64,000 nt of DNA. Origin: the human T2T-CHM13v2.0 reference genome, Homo sapiens. Location: the NCBI RefSeq assembly GCF_009914755.1, contig NC_060945.1; one strand, written 5' to 3'. Positions 30,326 through 46,239 of the stretch are shown piece after piece (within the stretch, counting starts at the first letter, position 1; every line of letters begins with the position of its first letter). A program made the translations under genes and the position numbers. The notes beneath the pieces are model-generated. The model saw only the letters and a list, made by a program, of their open reading frames with translations, had not been told where the DNA came from and did not search any database.

Positions 30326-32582
30326 TTTTGCATCTTCCTTCAGCTGGCAAGAAACAATATTGGCCCAGATACGAAGCTGATAAAATATCCAGGGAGAGAA
30401 AAGATCCTAAAATCTAGGCCCTTGTAACTTGAGACCAGAAGGACAAAATGCAGTGAGGTGTGAAGGAAGGGCTTAAGTGCCTGTAAAAAAAGCTCCAGCC
30501 CAGTCTCTGGACAGATGTGAGGTCCCATTGACTTAAAATCCAAAGAAAGAATCTCCGTGAAATAACACTAAAATGCAAGAGTTCATCTTCCCTGCAGCGT
30601 TCAGAAATAGTCCCTCTATTATCTGTAGAATCAAATCTGTAAGACCAGATAACTGTATTTTAAAGGAATCCATGATAAGAACATTGGAACTTGATATTTC
30701 AAATTCAATGGATCAATTCCAAAAAACGTACATGTATGGCTATGAAAAGCCTACTAAAATAAATGGCATTTCAGATTCTCAAAGTCATTGAAAAAAAGAT
30801 TTTGAAAGTCTTGTGATATGGGCAAAAACCCCTGGCTGACAAGCAATTGTTTCCTATGTATACATATTCACATGTCCACTTAAGGTCAAGATCAAAAGAA
30901 GCTAAGTAAGAACAGAGGAGAGGAAGGACTAAATTGTTCCTTGAGAATTTTTGAGCTGATTAAAAATTTACAGAGAAAAGAATTCATTCCAAACATTCAC
31001 TTCGGAACTCCCGTTTGAAGGGAGCCTGGTACTTTATTGCTAAACCCTGCCTTTCAAGTGATCTGATTACCCCTTATCAGGGACCATTAGTGTCTCAACC
31101 CATCCGCTGTTCGACCTTAATTTCCTTAAAGAAAAACCTTCTTTGGCATGCAACTCCTCCCCTGGTTCACCCCATGGAGTATCCAAGGAATAAAGACACA
31201 CTGAAACATCCGGCACCAAAAAGTCAAGTCACCTCCTGCCAACTCTAACACACCATTCCACACTCCCGCCACAGAACAATACCATCTTCCTGCCCCAAGC
31301 TTTGCTGAGCAACAGAAAGACAAAATGGCATCCAATGTTGAATACGATGATTACGAAATATGTAGCAGGCCAGAGTTAATGAGACTGTGAGAGCTTTCAG
31401 CCCTGCCTTTTCCATTTATGGGTCAGGAACCAGAAACCCACAGTCACATGGGGCAGTAGAGGTCAAGTCTAGATTTCCGAATTCAAACCAGGCTTAATTC
31501 CACTACAAAGCGTCACCACCCACATCATATTTTTCTCCCACAGCATGACTTAAGGAGAAAACAAACCCTTCAGGCTGATTTGATCTAGGAATGTCATCTC
31601 TCCTTTGTTATTATATGCATGTGGTATTATAGACATTTTAAAGATAATTCGGGAAAACTGAGATCCACCACCAAAGAATAATGGCTAGGGAAGAAGAACC
31701 CATTTTGAATTAAAATCCCGTGCATATTGGTCTCATTTTAAAATGTGGTCTCTCCCTAGTTTCCACTAAGGGGAAAAAAAGATACAGAAAAGAAGATATA
31801 GAAAAAGGGGGAACCCTATAAGAACAGTGAAACTATGACTGGCAGGCAAACTTTTACCAGAATGTGGAAGGAGATGCCACTAATTACAAAGATAAATCCA
31901 ACAGCGCCCCTCTGGAGCTCTGATTTTCGTCCATCACCATGCTCAGAATCGCAGGTCTGTATGCACAGAAAAACAGCTCAGCCATTCCCATAGGGTGTGG
32001 GTGTGGGTTTGTCGATAGTTAAGAGTCCCTTCCGAGCCGGACTTTCTACTTTTATCTCAAAGAGGAAACTAACTAAATGACATAGTGACTGGGAGAGAGG
32101 GGTGACCAAGGAGGGCGTTGCAGGGTTGGTGGGCGGCTCCAAGCTCTTGAGTGAGCAAAGAGCCTCAGGAGGTGGAGAGGTGATGCAGGGGCAGGGGGCA
32201 GGCTTTGTCATGCGTGCCACCAGTTCAGGGTCAGGAAAGCAAATGGCAAAGGGAGAATCAGGGGTCACATGTAAATTAAGTGGTTGAAATTTAAAGGGTT
32301 GCTGGTGAGACCAGGAAGAATGGCAAGAAAACATTTGTCATCGTAAAGTATATCTCTGCTTTATGGCTGGTTAAGGAAAAAGGAAACAGATTTGATTATA
32401 CAGAAGACAAACCTGAAATTTGTAGGAAAAGTTAGGTGCTCGGGATGAATGGGAGGAGATATGGAGGTAAAAATGAAGACCAAGAAAATAACAGATAACC
32501 CAGAATGACTTAAATACTGTGAATTCTTGAGGAGGAAACAAGAGAGGCTGAAAAGAGAGCTTTGATTTAAAAGCATTCATGA

Positions 32583-32885
<303 letters not shown>

Positions 32886-33184
32886 AAATCATTCATGAAA
32901 ACTTTAAAGAGTTAAAAAAATAACCAATATGCAGAGGAAAATTTGTATTTACCATGTTCCAACCTAAACTGATGAGAGAAGCCCCCAGTGAAAGGTGTTC
33001 TAACAACTCTTAAGTCATATGAATGGATTCAAAAGGCATATAAGTATTCAACCAGAGGAAAAAAGAAGCCATCTACAACAGAACAAAAAGGAAACACCTT
33101 CAGTTGTTCCTTCTATAACACTAAAAACTAAGGGAAAATGCAATACAATTTTGGCTAAATTTAAATTTAAGATTATTAAGAGAT

Positions 33185-33565
<381 letters not shown>

Positions 33566-33718
33566 TTATTAAACAAGGTCTAAATAAATGTTATAAAAAT
33601 GCTGACCATATTAAATATAAATGTAAAACACTTCCCAAAACAATGTATTAAAAAAATTATTTAATAGCAATAATCTGAATCCTGAAACCTAGTTTATATT
33701 TTTAAAATCTTAGAAATA

Positions 33719-33808
33719 ATTGTATGACTATGTCAAAACAGCTCACGTACTCCATAAATATACACACCTATATATCCACAAAAATTAAAAATAAAACATT
33801 ACGTAAAA
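33719..33808 (+). mobile_element. 90-bp L1MA-type 3' terminus
   Basis: ctcacgtactccataaatatacacacc..cacaaaaattaaaaataaaa; perfect 15-bp TSD aaaatcttagaaata. Confidence 0.8.
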
Positions 33809-35699
33809 AAAATCTTAGAAATAGGAAAATAGAGTTAAAACACATTAAGCCGCTTGCTTGATATAGAAAACTTTTAAAAATTATCTCATTCTTCATTTTG
33901 ATTATTATAGGAATACATATTTTAAAAGTTTTTATAAATTTAAAGAGCCATTAGTAAAGTTAAAACTAAAGTACATTGACTCAATCTCAGGAGAGTGTAA
34001 AGGTTAAAAATAAGTAAGTACACATTTTTTAAAAACTAAAACATTAGAAAGAGGAATAAAACATTTTTTAAAAGTAGAAACTTTCTCGCAAAAATAAATA
34101 AAAACATTAAAAGATGATCAGATTGAATTTTTTAAATCAAATATATTTTGTCCTCAAGAGATATTTTGAAAATAAAATGACCAGGAAAACTTTTTTTAAA
34201 TGAACAAAGATTTGTTAAACAAATTTTTAACTGGATTTAAAAATAGGAAAGTGTAGCAATATTTATTTCTGACAAAGTGGAATTTCAGGTAGAATACTGA
34301 ACAGTATAGGGACTGAAAATTTATATCAATAAAGATAGAATTTAAAATGCATACATAATAATAAACCTTTCCTGAATAGCATATCAAATATATGAAGCAA
34401 AAATTATTTCAGATAAATAATATTTAAAGGAGAGAAACCATTATATAGAAAATAATACACATGCCTAAATAACCTTTGATTTAAAAATTAAAACAAGCCA
34501 ATAAACAAAGTATTTTTAAATGTGTAAAATTTTAAAATATATAATCAAAACTCTAGAGATAGGTAAGTTTACATTTTAATTCTCTTAGTATTAAAAAGGA
34601 AACAAAAAAAATGAACTAAGCCCACAATCCAAAAAGGAAACAAATCTAAAGAAGGCAGAAAATATTTTACAAAACCATTGTCATTCAACAAATTATATAA
34701 TTAATTGATAAGTCCTGGAGCTGATTCTTTGGAAAACATGTACATAAAGACACACACATTTCTAGCACTTAAGAAAATAAAATCAGAAAATAAAAATATA
34801 CCTATGTAAATGAAGTAGAAATGATCACAAATAAAAAGATTATAAGTTATAAAACATATTTTTATAGATCTATGCTAATAATATATTCACAAAATGACAG
34901 ATTCCTCCAAGAAAATGTTCATTATCAAAACAACAGCAAAAGCATCTCATGTGGACAAGCCAAAAACTATGGAAAATTTTTCAAAAGTTACCCAAAATTC
35001 ATCTCCAAGAGGCTACATACCATAACATGTTTTTAGGTAAGCTCTTTTAAAAAAGTAATAGATTATTTTTATGTTATATAAATCACCTCAGAGCACAGAA
35101 AATATAGAAAGCCTACCAGCACAGTTTACATAATTTGCCCAATTCTGAAACCAAAACCAGAGAAGAGAGGAAAGAGGAAATCCAAAAGAAAAAAAAAAAG
35201 AGGAAAAAAATCCTATTATAGACCAATCTCACAACAATAGACACAAAAATTCTATATAAAATACCACAAAGTGAATTTCATATTATTTTAGAAGAATGGC
35301 CCACCATAATCAGATTCGCACAAGGAATGCTGGGCTCTTTAATATTAGGCATTGTATTAATATAATATGACACATTTGGGCCAATTAGGGAAACAGCATG
35401 ACACTCTTCAGCTAGATAAAAAGAGTTGCTAGAGTCAGCTGTTCACATACTAAATAGATATCAGAGAAAAAATAAGTTTCCAGATATCCAGATAATTCTT
35501 TAAGAAGAAAAGGATCAAAGTGTAAATTATCCAGATGTCTGAGATTAAAACATTCATTAGTTCAAACAGAATGTCCTCTGAGAAAGAGAAATAGAACTCC
35601 AGAAGCCATTTCCTTCTTATTACAAGCAATAGGAATGCCCCATTCCTAAAGAAGGCCGTCCAGAACGCCAACCTTACTGCAATTTGGTGCAGGCCATTG

Positions 35700-35990
35700 G
35701 CCCTCTGTTAGGCCATGGATTCTCTCTTGCTCTGCTCAGTGTCTAGCCTCAGCTCAAGTCCCACTTCATCCCCTCCAGGAAGCTCCTGCTAACACCCTCT
35801 TCTCTTCCTTCCCTCCTGACCTCTGGGACAAAACTCTCTGGGAACACTCCGTCCTGTTCACTATTTCCTTGTCTGTCTCTCCTGAGACCACAAACTCCTG
35901 CAGGCCCTGGTTTGTGTCATATAATTTCATTATCCAACCCTGCAACACAGAGTAAGTACTCAATTAATATTCTTTGTTTAATTAATCAAT
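35700..35990 (+). mobile_element. L2 3' relic
   Basis: Pyrimidine-rich; ends cacagagtaagtactcaattaatatt. Confidence 0.55.
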
Positions 35991-36791
35991 ATACCAAAAA
36001 TTTTCAAGTACATATCTGTATTAATTTCTGTGCAGCAAAACAATTCTAAATTAATAATGGAGTCATGTTTTCCTCCAACAAATCAGTCCGAAACCCTAAT
36101 GCAGGCATGCACATAGGTACACTCTGAGCAAGTTTTAAGTCATTTCCTGATTCCAGCCCTGGCACTTGAGCTTTTAGAGCTTGCCACATGAATCTAGGGA
36201 ACAAAAGCTAAAAAGCATTCCGCTGTCATTTTTCTTCCTGGTTCTGTTTCATCTGTGTAGACAGTGAGAAAACACAACTAGGCCAATCCAGGTTTCCCAT
36301 TTCAATTACCTGCTGGTAAAGGGTAATCTTCAAATGAAACTTTAAACCAAAGAATTTACCTTACTCAGCTAATGGCCCAAATGTCTCCTTCGGCAAAACC
36401 CAAGAGAATCTCCCTCTCTTTTAAAAGGCAACTTTCTGTTTTTTCACATTGCCTGCACCAAGTTACACTAATCAAGACCACACTAATGTGGCCACGTTCC
36501 ACCCCTTAACCAATTGGCCAAGCTTCATGGGAATAAAAATTGCTCCAAAAACTGAGAATCCTAAGTACTGCAGGTACTAACTGGGGTGGGGAAAGCCTGT
36601 TCTGCTTCATTACTCCCACACTGGAATTATATTATAACATAGATTAAAAAAAACCCTGGAATCCACCAAGAAATTGACTGACGTTAATATTTGAGGAAAT
36701 GGCAAAGGAAAGTTGTTCAATTTTTGTGTGCCTTGTTGCATTCTGGGCTTAGGGTTTGCTGCTCTACTTTCTTATTGGGTCTTGAAATGGA

Positions 36792-37013
36792 TTTTTTTTT
36801 TTTTCAAGAGACAGGATCTAGCACTGTCGCCCAGGCTGGAGAGCAGTGGCACAATCACAGCTCACTGCAGTCTCAAACTCTTGGGCTCCAATGATCCTGC
36901 CACTTCAGCCTCCTGAGTAGCTGGAACTCTAGGGACACCCCACCACACCCGGCTAATTTTTTTTTATTATTATTATCTTTATGGAGATGGGGTCTTAATA
37001 TGTTGCCCAGGCT
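36792..37013 (-). mobile_element. 5'-truncated AluJ
   Basis: Right arm plus partial left arm. Confidence 0.85.
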
Positions 37014-37025
37014 TCAAGGAGTTTT

Positions 37026-37341
<316 letters not shown>

Positions 37342-40023
37342 TCAAGCAGTTTTTTTAAAGAATCAGGACAGTCGTAAACGTTCAGTTAAACAGAAGGTGG
37401 AAGGTACAGCCTAGGAGGGTGCTAGTGGATTGTCTGAAGAAAGCAAACAGCAGACAGACAAGATTAGCATTGACAGCAAGACCACATCCGCATCACACAA
37501 AAGGAAGAGGAGGCTGGCAGGAATCCAGGAAACCTTAGCGATGAAGTCAGCAAATCCAAATTATTCCGTACAAATCCCCATTTTCCAAAAGATGGGCCAG
37601 GTCCATAAATATATCCACAAGCCCGTCGGCTAAACTTGTGGACGCCTACCTAAATATTTCAGATGTGGGAGCAGAGCGTCTACTGTGTTAAAAAGCCATT
37701 TTTACCCATCTCTTTACATCACAAAGCAATTATTTCTCACCTGCCACTTTAATTTGTACTGACAACCTAATGTCGGACACTACCAAAGAGAACAAATGAA
37801 AAATAGAAAGAATAGTTAGTCTCCTATATGACATATGTTTATGCCAAAAAGATTAGTTAAAAATCCATCTTCCTCTACCTGAATTTACAGGATGTTTGAG
37901 GGAACTGTCAGGAAAATCATTACTAATGAAGTACCAGACTATGTGAAACAATGGTTACAAAGGAAATTTAAAAGACAAGTGCAATTGCAGATGTCACAGA
38001 TTTTTCATTAGCAAAGGAAGATGCTGGGAAACTTTATGTTTTTGGAAGAGTCTGTGATCATTACAAGAGCGCTATATCTTATCCAATCCTGTATTCCCAT
38101 CCAACTCTCAGCCTTTTCTCTCTACTCACACTCCTCCTACTATGTCTGGGTACTTGACCTCTCCTATAAAAACTGGAAAGGAAATTACTGTGATCCTCCA
38201 TCCCTGCCAACCAAACACCAGACCTCCTTTTTGGCTAGCACTGCCTATGATATTAATAAACCATCCATCCTTGAACTACCCATTCAAAGTGACCTACAAA
38301 TATGCAAACCATCATAACTCACCCAGCTCCCTGAGGCATCCCAATATCCCACCCAGGAGCCCACAGGAAGATAGCTTTGCCCATGAAAGGGATGGGGCTT
38401 AGTCTAAAGATATACACCCAACTATGCCTGTGGCCACTAGGTTCTCGCACGGGGAGTACGAGCAGTGAAATCACAAAGAGAGGATGGGAAAGACAAAGAG
38501 CAGGAGTGGAGGCCCAAGGGTGGTAGTTTGCAAAGTGGGCTCAAATGATTCATCTGTCCACACAGATAGGCCCTCCGTGCCCTTTGTCTAGTAACTTGAT
38601 CTTTTTAATGAAAAAGCCTGGCTATGCAACCAAGGAATAATGGGAAGACATCGCAGCAAGAAGAAAAGAGCAATAATTCACCATCCTCAGACTTCTCCTA
38701 GAACATTTTCATCTCAGTTTCTTTTTATTGCCCACGTCAACTTGAGAAACCAGACTTGCAGTGGCTTGGCCCATCCTAGACTTTTCTTCCTCCCAAAGTT
38801 CACGCATTGGCCAACGTTGTCATTCCCCATTTCCTTGGTGCTAATAAAAAGAGCAATTGTATCTCACGCTTGCATTGGCAAATGAATGAGTGACTGGGAA
38901 TGTGGCTCCATGACCACTATTTCTATAAAATTTGTTCTAAAAAAAATTCAACAAAAATACTAATAAAAACCTTTATGGTGAAGGACTATAAATCTATGAA
39001 GTGGCTCAGAGTCCAATTTCCCTTTTTTACATACATCAAATACCAAGAATCAGACTCATAACAGTTGTGAGATGGCTTAGTGAGACCCCAAAGATGTACC
39101 AATCCCACAGGTTGGGATTCACCTCTGAATCCATACAAATAATATTCCCATTGTATCGAGTGTGTTTTTAGTTAGAAAAACTCTAGTTCTTATATCAGGG
39201 ATAGGTAATTAGGATTATTTTGCTTTGAGCAAAACCCATGAAGCTGAAAAAGTCAACTCATTTGTGCAGAGGAGAGGGAACTCTGCCAAGTCCTGAGACA
39301 TAAACCTGGACCTAGACCTCAGCCTGTGCAGGAGATAGGAGGACAGCCAAGGTTTTTGACTCTACACTCCTCCAGGAATCCAGCCTGTGCAGCGCCAGGG
39401 GCCCTGAGAGCCCATGGAGACAGAAGGATGCAACAGTCAGGGTGACAGCATCCTCGCCTAGCCAGGGGCATGGCAGGGCTCCAACGTCTGTGGGAAATTA
39501 GTGTGCAGACTCGGGGCTGACGAAGAAGTCTCCCCTAGGGACTGCTCACCCAAGGTCTCAGGAGAGATGAGGGTGCGACGTTTTCAGATGGGGTAGGCAG
39601 CACACCTGGGGCTCACCAGACTTACAGTAGAAGAGAATGGAAGTCACTGCAGATCCCATTCACCGGTGGAAATGGGCTGCCCTATACACCAGTTGGAATA
39701 GGCTGAAGAACTGAGCAGGACTGAACCTGCAGGTAGATGGGCTTTCTACCCACAACTGGGCCAGGCTGGGATGGACACAACCATGGTGAAAAAGATACCC
39801 AGAGGCAAGATGGGCAGCAGCCCAGGTCCATTTCACATCAGTGAGGAAGCACTGCAGCCCTTGTGCCTAGAAACAGCACTTTTATTACAGGTGCTGCTGA
39901 TGGGCTGAGTCAAGTGTTAAACGATGCGTTTGCTGTTGAATAGAAATCACTTCTGAAGCCTGTACTCTGTTCGGTTCCCAAGCATTTACTGAGCATGAGC
40001 AAGGTGTTGGCATCTGAAGATGA

Positions 40024-40411
<388 letters not shown>

Positions 40412-40943
40412 GCTGCTTCTTTACTTTGTATTCAACAAGGGAATCCTTGCTTAGGAGTCAAGTTTTACATTGACAACAGCCTTTCTGAGTTTTGTTATTT
40501 GTTTGTTTGCTTGCTTTTTTTTTTTTAAACGAAGTTTTAGCTCCACGGCTTTTTAAAAAATATGAAATTCACTTTACATGTTTTTTCTAAGTGGATTTTA
40601 TAATGTATGTAATATGGATAGTGTTAAGACTGTGTAGCAGGTTTCAGGATCTAATGACTGTTTTTAACTTAGAACTTCAGAAGCTATAGAATTAATAAGA
40701 ACTTTTTGTTTTTTACTTAACACTTGGTGCCATTTTCACATCACCAATATATGATACACAAATGCAGCTGAGGAAGACACTTCATACTTTCTCATTGTTT
40801 CTGTGAATAGCATGAGGCAGTCATCCATTAAGTGGAGTAATACATGGACCCTTTTTATAAGAAACCAATTTCACACACTTACCTCTCCTCATCTTTAGAC
40901 CCTACCTGCTCAGTAAGTTTGAGGGTGGAGTAGAGGATGTGCC

Positions 40944-41366
40944 TGTGGTGGTTCATTTCCTATGTCAGCCTGACCGGCCATGGGGGTGCTCCAATTAAGC
41001 ATTATTTTGGGGTGTGTCTGAGAGGGTGTTTCAGACGAGAGCAGCATTTGAATTGGTGGATTCATAAAGTAAATGGCTCTCCCCATTGTGGGTGGGCACC
41101 ATCTCATCTGTTGAGAGCCTGCACAGAACAAAAGGCAGGGGAAGGAGGAATTGATCCTTTTTGCTTCCTGCCCACCCACCTGAGCTGCTACAGCTCATCT
41201 GATCTCCTGCCCTTAGACTGGGAGCTACAACACCAGCTTCCGTGGTTCTCGGGGCTTCGAACTTCTCCTAAATTACACCACTGCCTTTCCTGGGTCTCCA
41301 GCTTGCAGAAGGCACAGCATGGACTTCTCCTCTTCTGTAATGGAGTGAGCCAATTCCTGACAATAG

Positions 41367-41400
<34 letters not shown>

Positions 41401-41459
41401 ACATGTATATGTAAAGGGTTTGTTTTATTGGTTCTGTTTCTCTGGAGAACCCTAATAGG
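40944..41459 (+). mobile_element. MLT2 (C/D-like) ERVL solo LTR with internal (TG)n
   Basis: tgtggtggtt...ttctgtttctctggagaaccctaata; TSD gtgcc / gtgct. Confidence 0.85.
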
Positions 41460-42309
41460 GTGCTCCTGGAGTAATTTCTATTCAATACCAAATGTATCAG
41501 ATCATCAGCACGGGCAACTTGTTTTAAATTATAATATTTCTTAAACACAAATGATCAAAAACTAGAAATAAACTCCTTCTGATTAGAGCACTGCTGCAAC
41601 TATAAAATTAAAATAATATTTAAAATAAACACAATCAAAACAGTAAAAAGCCACACAATTTCAAGTTGATATATCTATGTTAACATGCAGGTAGTGATGT
41701 GACTATACCTGTGACTGCCGAGGCATCTGTGGTCTGAGTCTGGCCTGTGGCATGACCATGAGTGCCATGAGCTATGTGTTTCCCCAACACTTCTCTCCAC
41801 TCACACCATGGCGAGTCTTTGCTTAGACAGCACTTAGGTGATAATCTAGATCCTTCACATGCAGTGAAATCTCACTGTTTATATCCTAGGTCTACCTTGA
41901 TTCCTTTTTGCACTGGCATATGACAAAAACATGAGTCTCTGCTGCTTTGCTACACCAGGGTCTCTTCACCACAGCATGCCCACGGAGTGCTTATCACCAT
42001 CTGCTTAATCAGTTTCACAATGGAGCATCTCCTCATTGTCTCTAACTTCAGCCCCTCTTCTTTTCAGAGGCAGGTGCTGAGATGCCTCCCAAAATCAGAC
42101 TTGGAATGATAGTCCCAGATTGTGCCAGGTTCCAAGAATCCACGTAGAGTTTAGGTTCTAAAACAATCACCCAAGGCAAAAATTAAAGTCTAAATTATGC
42201 TTGAAATTTTCCTAAATTGCTAATCAAGTATAAGATACATAGCTTTATCTACACAGACCTCTATAGTAATTATTTTGCTCGCTTAAGTTTAAGAACCACT
42301 GAAACAGAC

Positions 42310-43078
42310 TGCTACAGACTGAATGTTTGCGTCCCCTCAAAATGTATATGTTGACAGGCTGGGCACGGTGGCTCACACTTGTAATTCCAACACTTTGGAA
42401 GGTGAAGACTGAAGGATCACTTGAGGCCAGGAGTTCAGACCAGCCTGGCAAATATAGCAAGACCTCATCTCTACAAAAAATTTAAAAATTAGCCAGGTAT
42501 GGTGGCACATGGCTCTAGTACCAGCTACTCAGGAGGCTGAGGCAGGATCATCTCTGGAGCCCAGGAGTTCGAGGCAGCAGTGAGCCATGATCATTCCCAC
42601 TGCACTCCAGCCTGAGTGGTAGAATGAGACCCAGTCTCTTTATATATATAAAAATATGTGTGTGTAATATATATGCAGTTTATCACATAGATATTTTGCA
42701 TATGCAACGCAGTTCTGTAAATTCAGTGTTGCATTGAGAATTTATTGTCCTTCCATATATATATGGAAATCCTAACCCTTAATGTGATGGTATTTGAAGG
42801 TGGGGGGCTTTGAAAGGTAATCAGGTCACCTCATGAATGGGATTAGTGCCCTTATAAAAGAGACCTCAGAGAGCTCCCTCACCACATCTAACATATGAGA
42901 ACTCAGTGAAGACAGTATTCTATGAACCAGGAAGTGGGCCCTCACCAGACATCAAATCTGCCAGCACCTTGATTTTGGACTTCCCAGCCTCCAGAACCAC
43001 GAGAAATAAATGTCTATTGTTTATAAAAGCCACCCAAGCTATGGTACTTTACCATAGCAGCTCAAACTGACTAAGCCA
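42310..43078 (+). mobile_element. MLT1A/MSTD-like LTR split by an AluJ
   Basis: atgggattagtgcccttataaaagag, ggacttcccagcctccagaac; TSD cagac / caggc. Confidence 0.85.
42357..42640 (+). mobile_element. AluJ with tail converted to an (AT)n tract (to about 42765)
   Basis: Full dimer. Confidence 0.9.
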
Positions 43079-44636
43079 CAGGCTTAAAAAACGAACAAAA
43101 GGGAATTTTCTCCATAGAAGTCTGGGTATCTAAACCATCCCACATGTTAGACAACTATAGTCCCTGGGTTGAATGGGACAGCAGTAGAGAATTCTAAAGT
43201 GCTCTTGCTTGCCAGAATTTACTCCCTTAGTTTCTAATATTGGGCATCTAAACTTAACCTGTGTTAGTAGATGCAGTCATGTTGTGAAATCTAAACAAGA
43301 AAACTGTGGAGTCTCATCCCAGGACAAGTATATGAAGTAAGCTGTTAAGTTAAAAGTGCATGCAATGCAATTCTGTAAATACAACGTTGCATTGAAAAAG
43401 TAATTGTCCTTCCTTGTTTAGTCCTATAATCAATTCATCAAACAATATTTCCCTAAAATCTTTTTGCAAATAAGGTTAATTTTGTTGAAATATCCAATTC
43501 TGCATGTATTTACTGAAGAAAAAAATGAATCTTATTAAAAATCAAGGATAGTATACTGTGCCCAAAATATCAGATTTTCACTGGGCTGAGAATCAGGAGA
43601 AATACATGTGGCACATAAAGGTGCCACCTGAGAAGAAGCAAAAGGAATGCTTGGTTATTAAGACAGAGAGGCTGAAATATGATGACAGATCTCATACCCT
43701 AAATCAAACCAAACCCACAATCAGAGTATCTGGGTCTGCATAATTTTCCCAAAAACATTTCAACTTGGTGCATTTGGGCCCTCTTAAAGCAATATAGTCT
43801 CTGTAAATATTCCATTAAAAGAATCGAAATGATTAAGATAATTTAAAAATTGTTTAAATGTAAAAATAACATTTAAAATTAAATAAATACATAAAAATAA
43901 TCCACATGATTGATTGTGTTCAATTGTTCCCTGGTTGTCCCCACTCAACTCTGGCCTCCTATCATCAAGAGGAACTTTTTTTTTCTATATTAATTGCCTT
44001 TGTTCCTTCTACAGCCACTTGGCTCTGATCATATCACTCCCAATCCCTCTGGTTATCCCACTAAGAAACCTGGAAGTCATTCTTAATGCTTTCTTTCCCT
44101 CTCCCTTACCTCCATATTTAAGCAATAGCAAGCCCTGATAGTTACTCTGGGTAAACCCCAAACTATCCCCTCTTCACCTGTGCTGCCACATCCAGTCCAG
44201 ACAATCAGCATCTCCCACCTGCTCTATTGAAGCATTCTCCTAATTTTGCATCCACTCTCTCTTCCTGCTGAGCTCTTCTCTGCTCAGCAGCCAGAATGAC
44301 CTTCTGAAAAAGCAAATCTATCATGAACCTTGACTTGATCCTTTTACTTAATGCCCATTTCTCCTGGAATCATGGCTGAATCCCTCCCAACCTGCCAGGC
44401 ATGTTCCCCATGACCTGGCCCCCGCCACCGTCTCCAGCCTCAGCAGGGGCTGCTCTCCCCCACTCACTCCATCAGGTCTCTGTGGCCTTGCAAGGGTTTC
44501 ATGCATCCTCAGCCTGGGATGACCCTACTCCTCCCCATCCATCTGGCCAACTCCACCACCCTCAATGTCCTTTCATCCTAGGAAGCCTGAACCCCCCACC
44601 TCTCTAGACCACTCCCCTTGTTACACCTTCTCGGGA

Positions 44637-45137
44637 CAAGGTAGGCGGAATGACCCCCAATGATGTCCACGCCCTGATCCTTAAAACCTATGGATATGTT
44701 ACTTTACATGAGATAAAGGAGTGCAGATGTGATTCAGCTAAGAGTCTTGAGATGGGGAGCATACTCTGGGTTATCCAGGTGGGCCCAGTGTCATCAAAAG
44801 AGTCCTTAAAAGCAGAGTACCTTCCTCACCTGCAATCAGAAGGTGATGGGAGGACAGAAGACAGAGGACGGATCAGAGAAGTGACATTACTGGCTTTGCA
44901 GATGGAGGAAGGGGCCATGAGTCAAGGAATGTGGGTGGCTCCAGAAGGGGGGAATGTCAAGGACATGGATATCCCCCCAGAGCCTCTAGAAGGAACACAG
45001 TCATGGCAACAGCTTGGTGTTAGCCTGGTGAGATCTATGGCGGATCTGACTCACAGAAATGTAAGAAAAGAAATCGGTGTTGTTTTAAGCCACTAAGTTT
45101 GTGGTAATTTGTTATACAGCAATAGGAAACCAGCACA
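44637..45137 (+). mobile_element. MLT1D LTR
   Basis: ttatccaggtgggccc, ggaaggggccatgag, gttttaagccactaagtttgtggtaatttgtta. Confidence 0.85.
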
Positions 45138-45189
45138 TATGGTGTTTGTGGTATTTGTCATCACTGTAATATTGGTAATTACTGAAATC

Positions 45190-45460
45190 ATGTGATGGTT
45201 AAAAAAACACAGACCCTGGAGCCAGACAGACTGGGTCAACCTCCCACCATCCCACTCACTAGCCAGGCTCCTTGGGACAAGTTAACCTAAGAGACTCACT
45301 AAGTTTCCATCCCCTCATCTGTAAGAAGGTGGTCATCGTGCTTACCCCCAGGGTTGTACTGAGAATAACATGAAATAATATGAGGAAAGTATTTAGCACA
45401 GGGGCTGGCACAGAGGGGGCCTTCAGTACAGGTGAGCCCCAATGAGTATTATCATTGTTA
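45190..45460 (+). mobile_element. MIR
   Basis: ctggagccagacagactgggt...cctcatctgtaagaagg...tttagcacagg. Confidence 0.7.
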
Positions 45461-46239
45461 TTTGTGGGATTATTTGTTTTCCCCTTGGGGTTATAAGCTC
45501 CGTGAAGACAGATACCATGACTTTATTGCTCATGGCTATATTTCCAGGAACAAGCACAGAGCTTATCAGAGCAGGTATTCAAGGAAGAAATGAATGAATG
45601 GGTCTATCTGTGAACTACTGACCCAGTGTGCCCCACGAAATATGCTGGGCAGCTGCTACCTATGCAGGCATTATGCCAAGTGCTGACCAATAGAAAAGGG
45701 GAGGGGAGCGTCTCTTATTTTCTAAAACCTTTCAGCAGCCCAGGGTTTCCAACACATATATACAGGGTGACAACACAAGACAGCATGGACCAAATGGTAC
45801 AAGAATGTCAAAGCAGGGGGCACTCTAGAGGTAAGAAGATGAAATGGTGACATTATCTTGGATGGTCTAGGAAGCTTTCCTGGAGGTGTGAGATGTGAGT
45901 GGGTCTTTGACTCTACGTGAAGTTTCTATTGGATGGGAACAAAGAAGACAAAACATTCTGGGGGTCAGTAAGTGGCATTAGCAAAGGTACAGAGACAGGC
46001 AGGTTAAAGGTCCTCGAAAGTGTCATTTTGACTTAGATTAAGAATTAATGCCAAGGACTAGGAGACATGAGCCTGTAAGAGAAACGTTTGGGTTGGTTTT
46101 TAGGTGGTCCTGGATGCCAGCTAAGGATGATGGATTGCCCCCTAAACAGAAACGAGGGTCAGTGAAGATATCTGATCCAGGGCATAACAAACTGCAACAA
46201 GTCTACAGGGTAATGGCAGCACTGGGCCAAAGAGCTGTC

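Larger units (their letters stand above)
43930..45600 (+). mobile_element. L2 interrupted by MLT1D and MIR
   Basis: gaaacctggaagtcattctt, gcagccagaatgaccttctgaaaa; ends aaatgaatgaatg. Confidence 0.7.

Noticed and set aside
31898-31918. CTCF-like cagcgcccctctgg
   Set aside because: An extra base breaks the core spacing, so the match is poor
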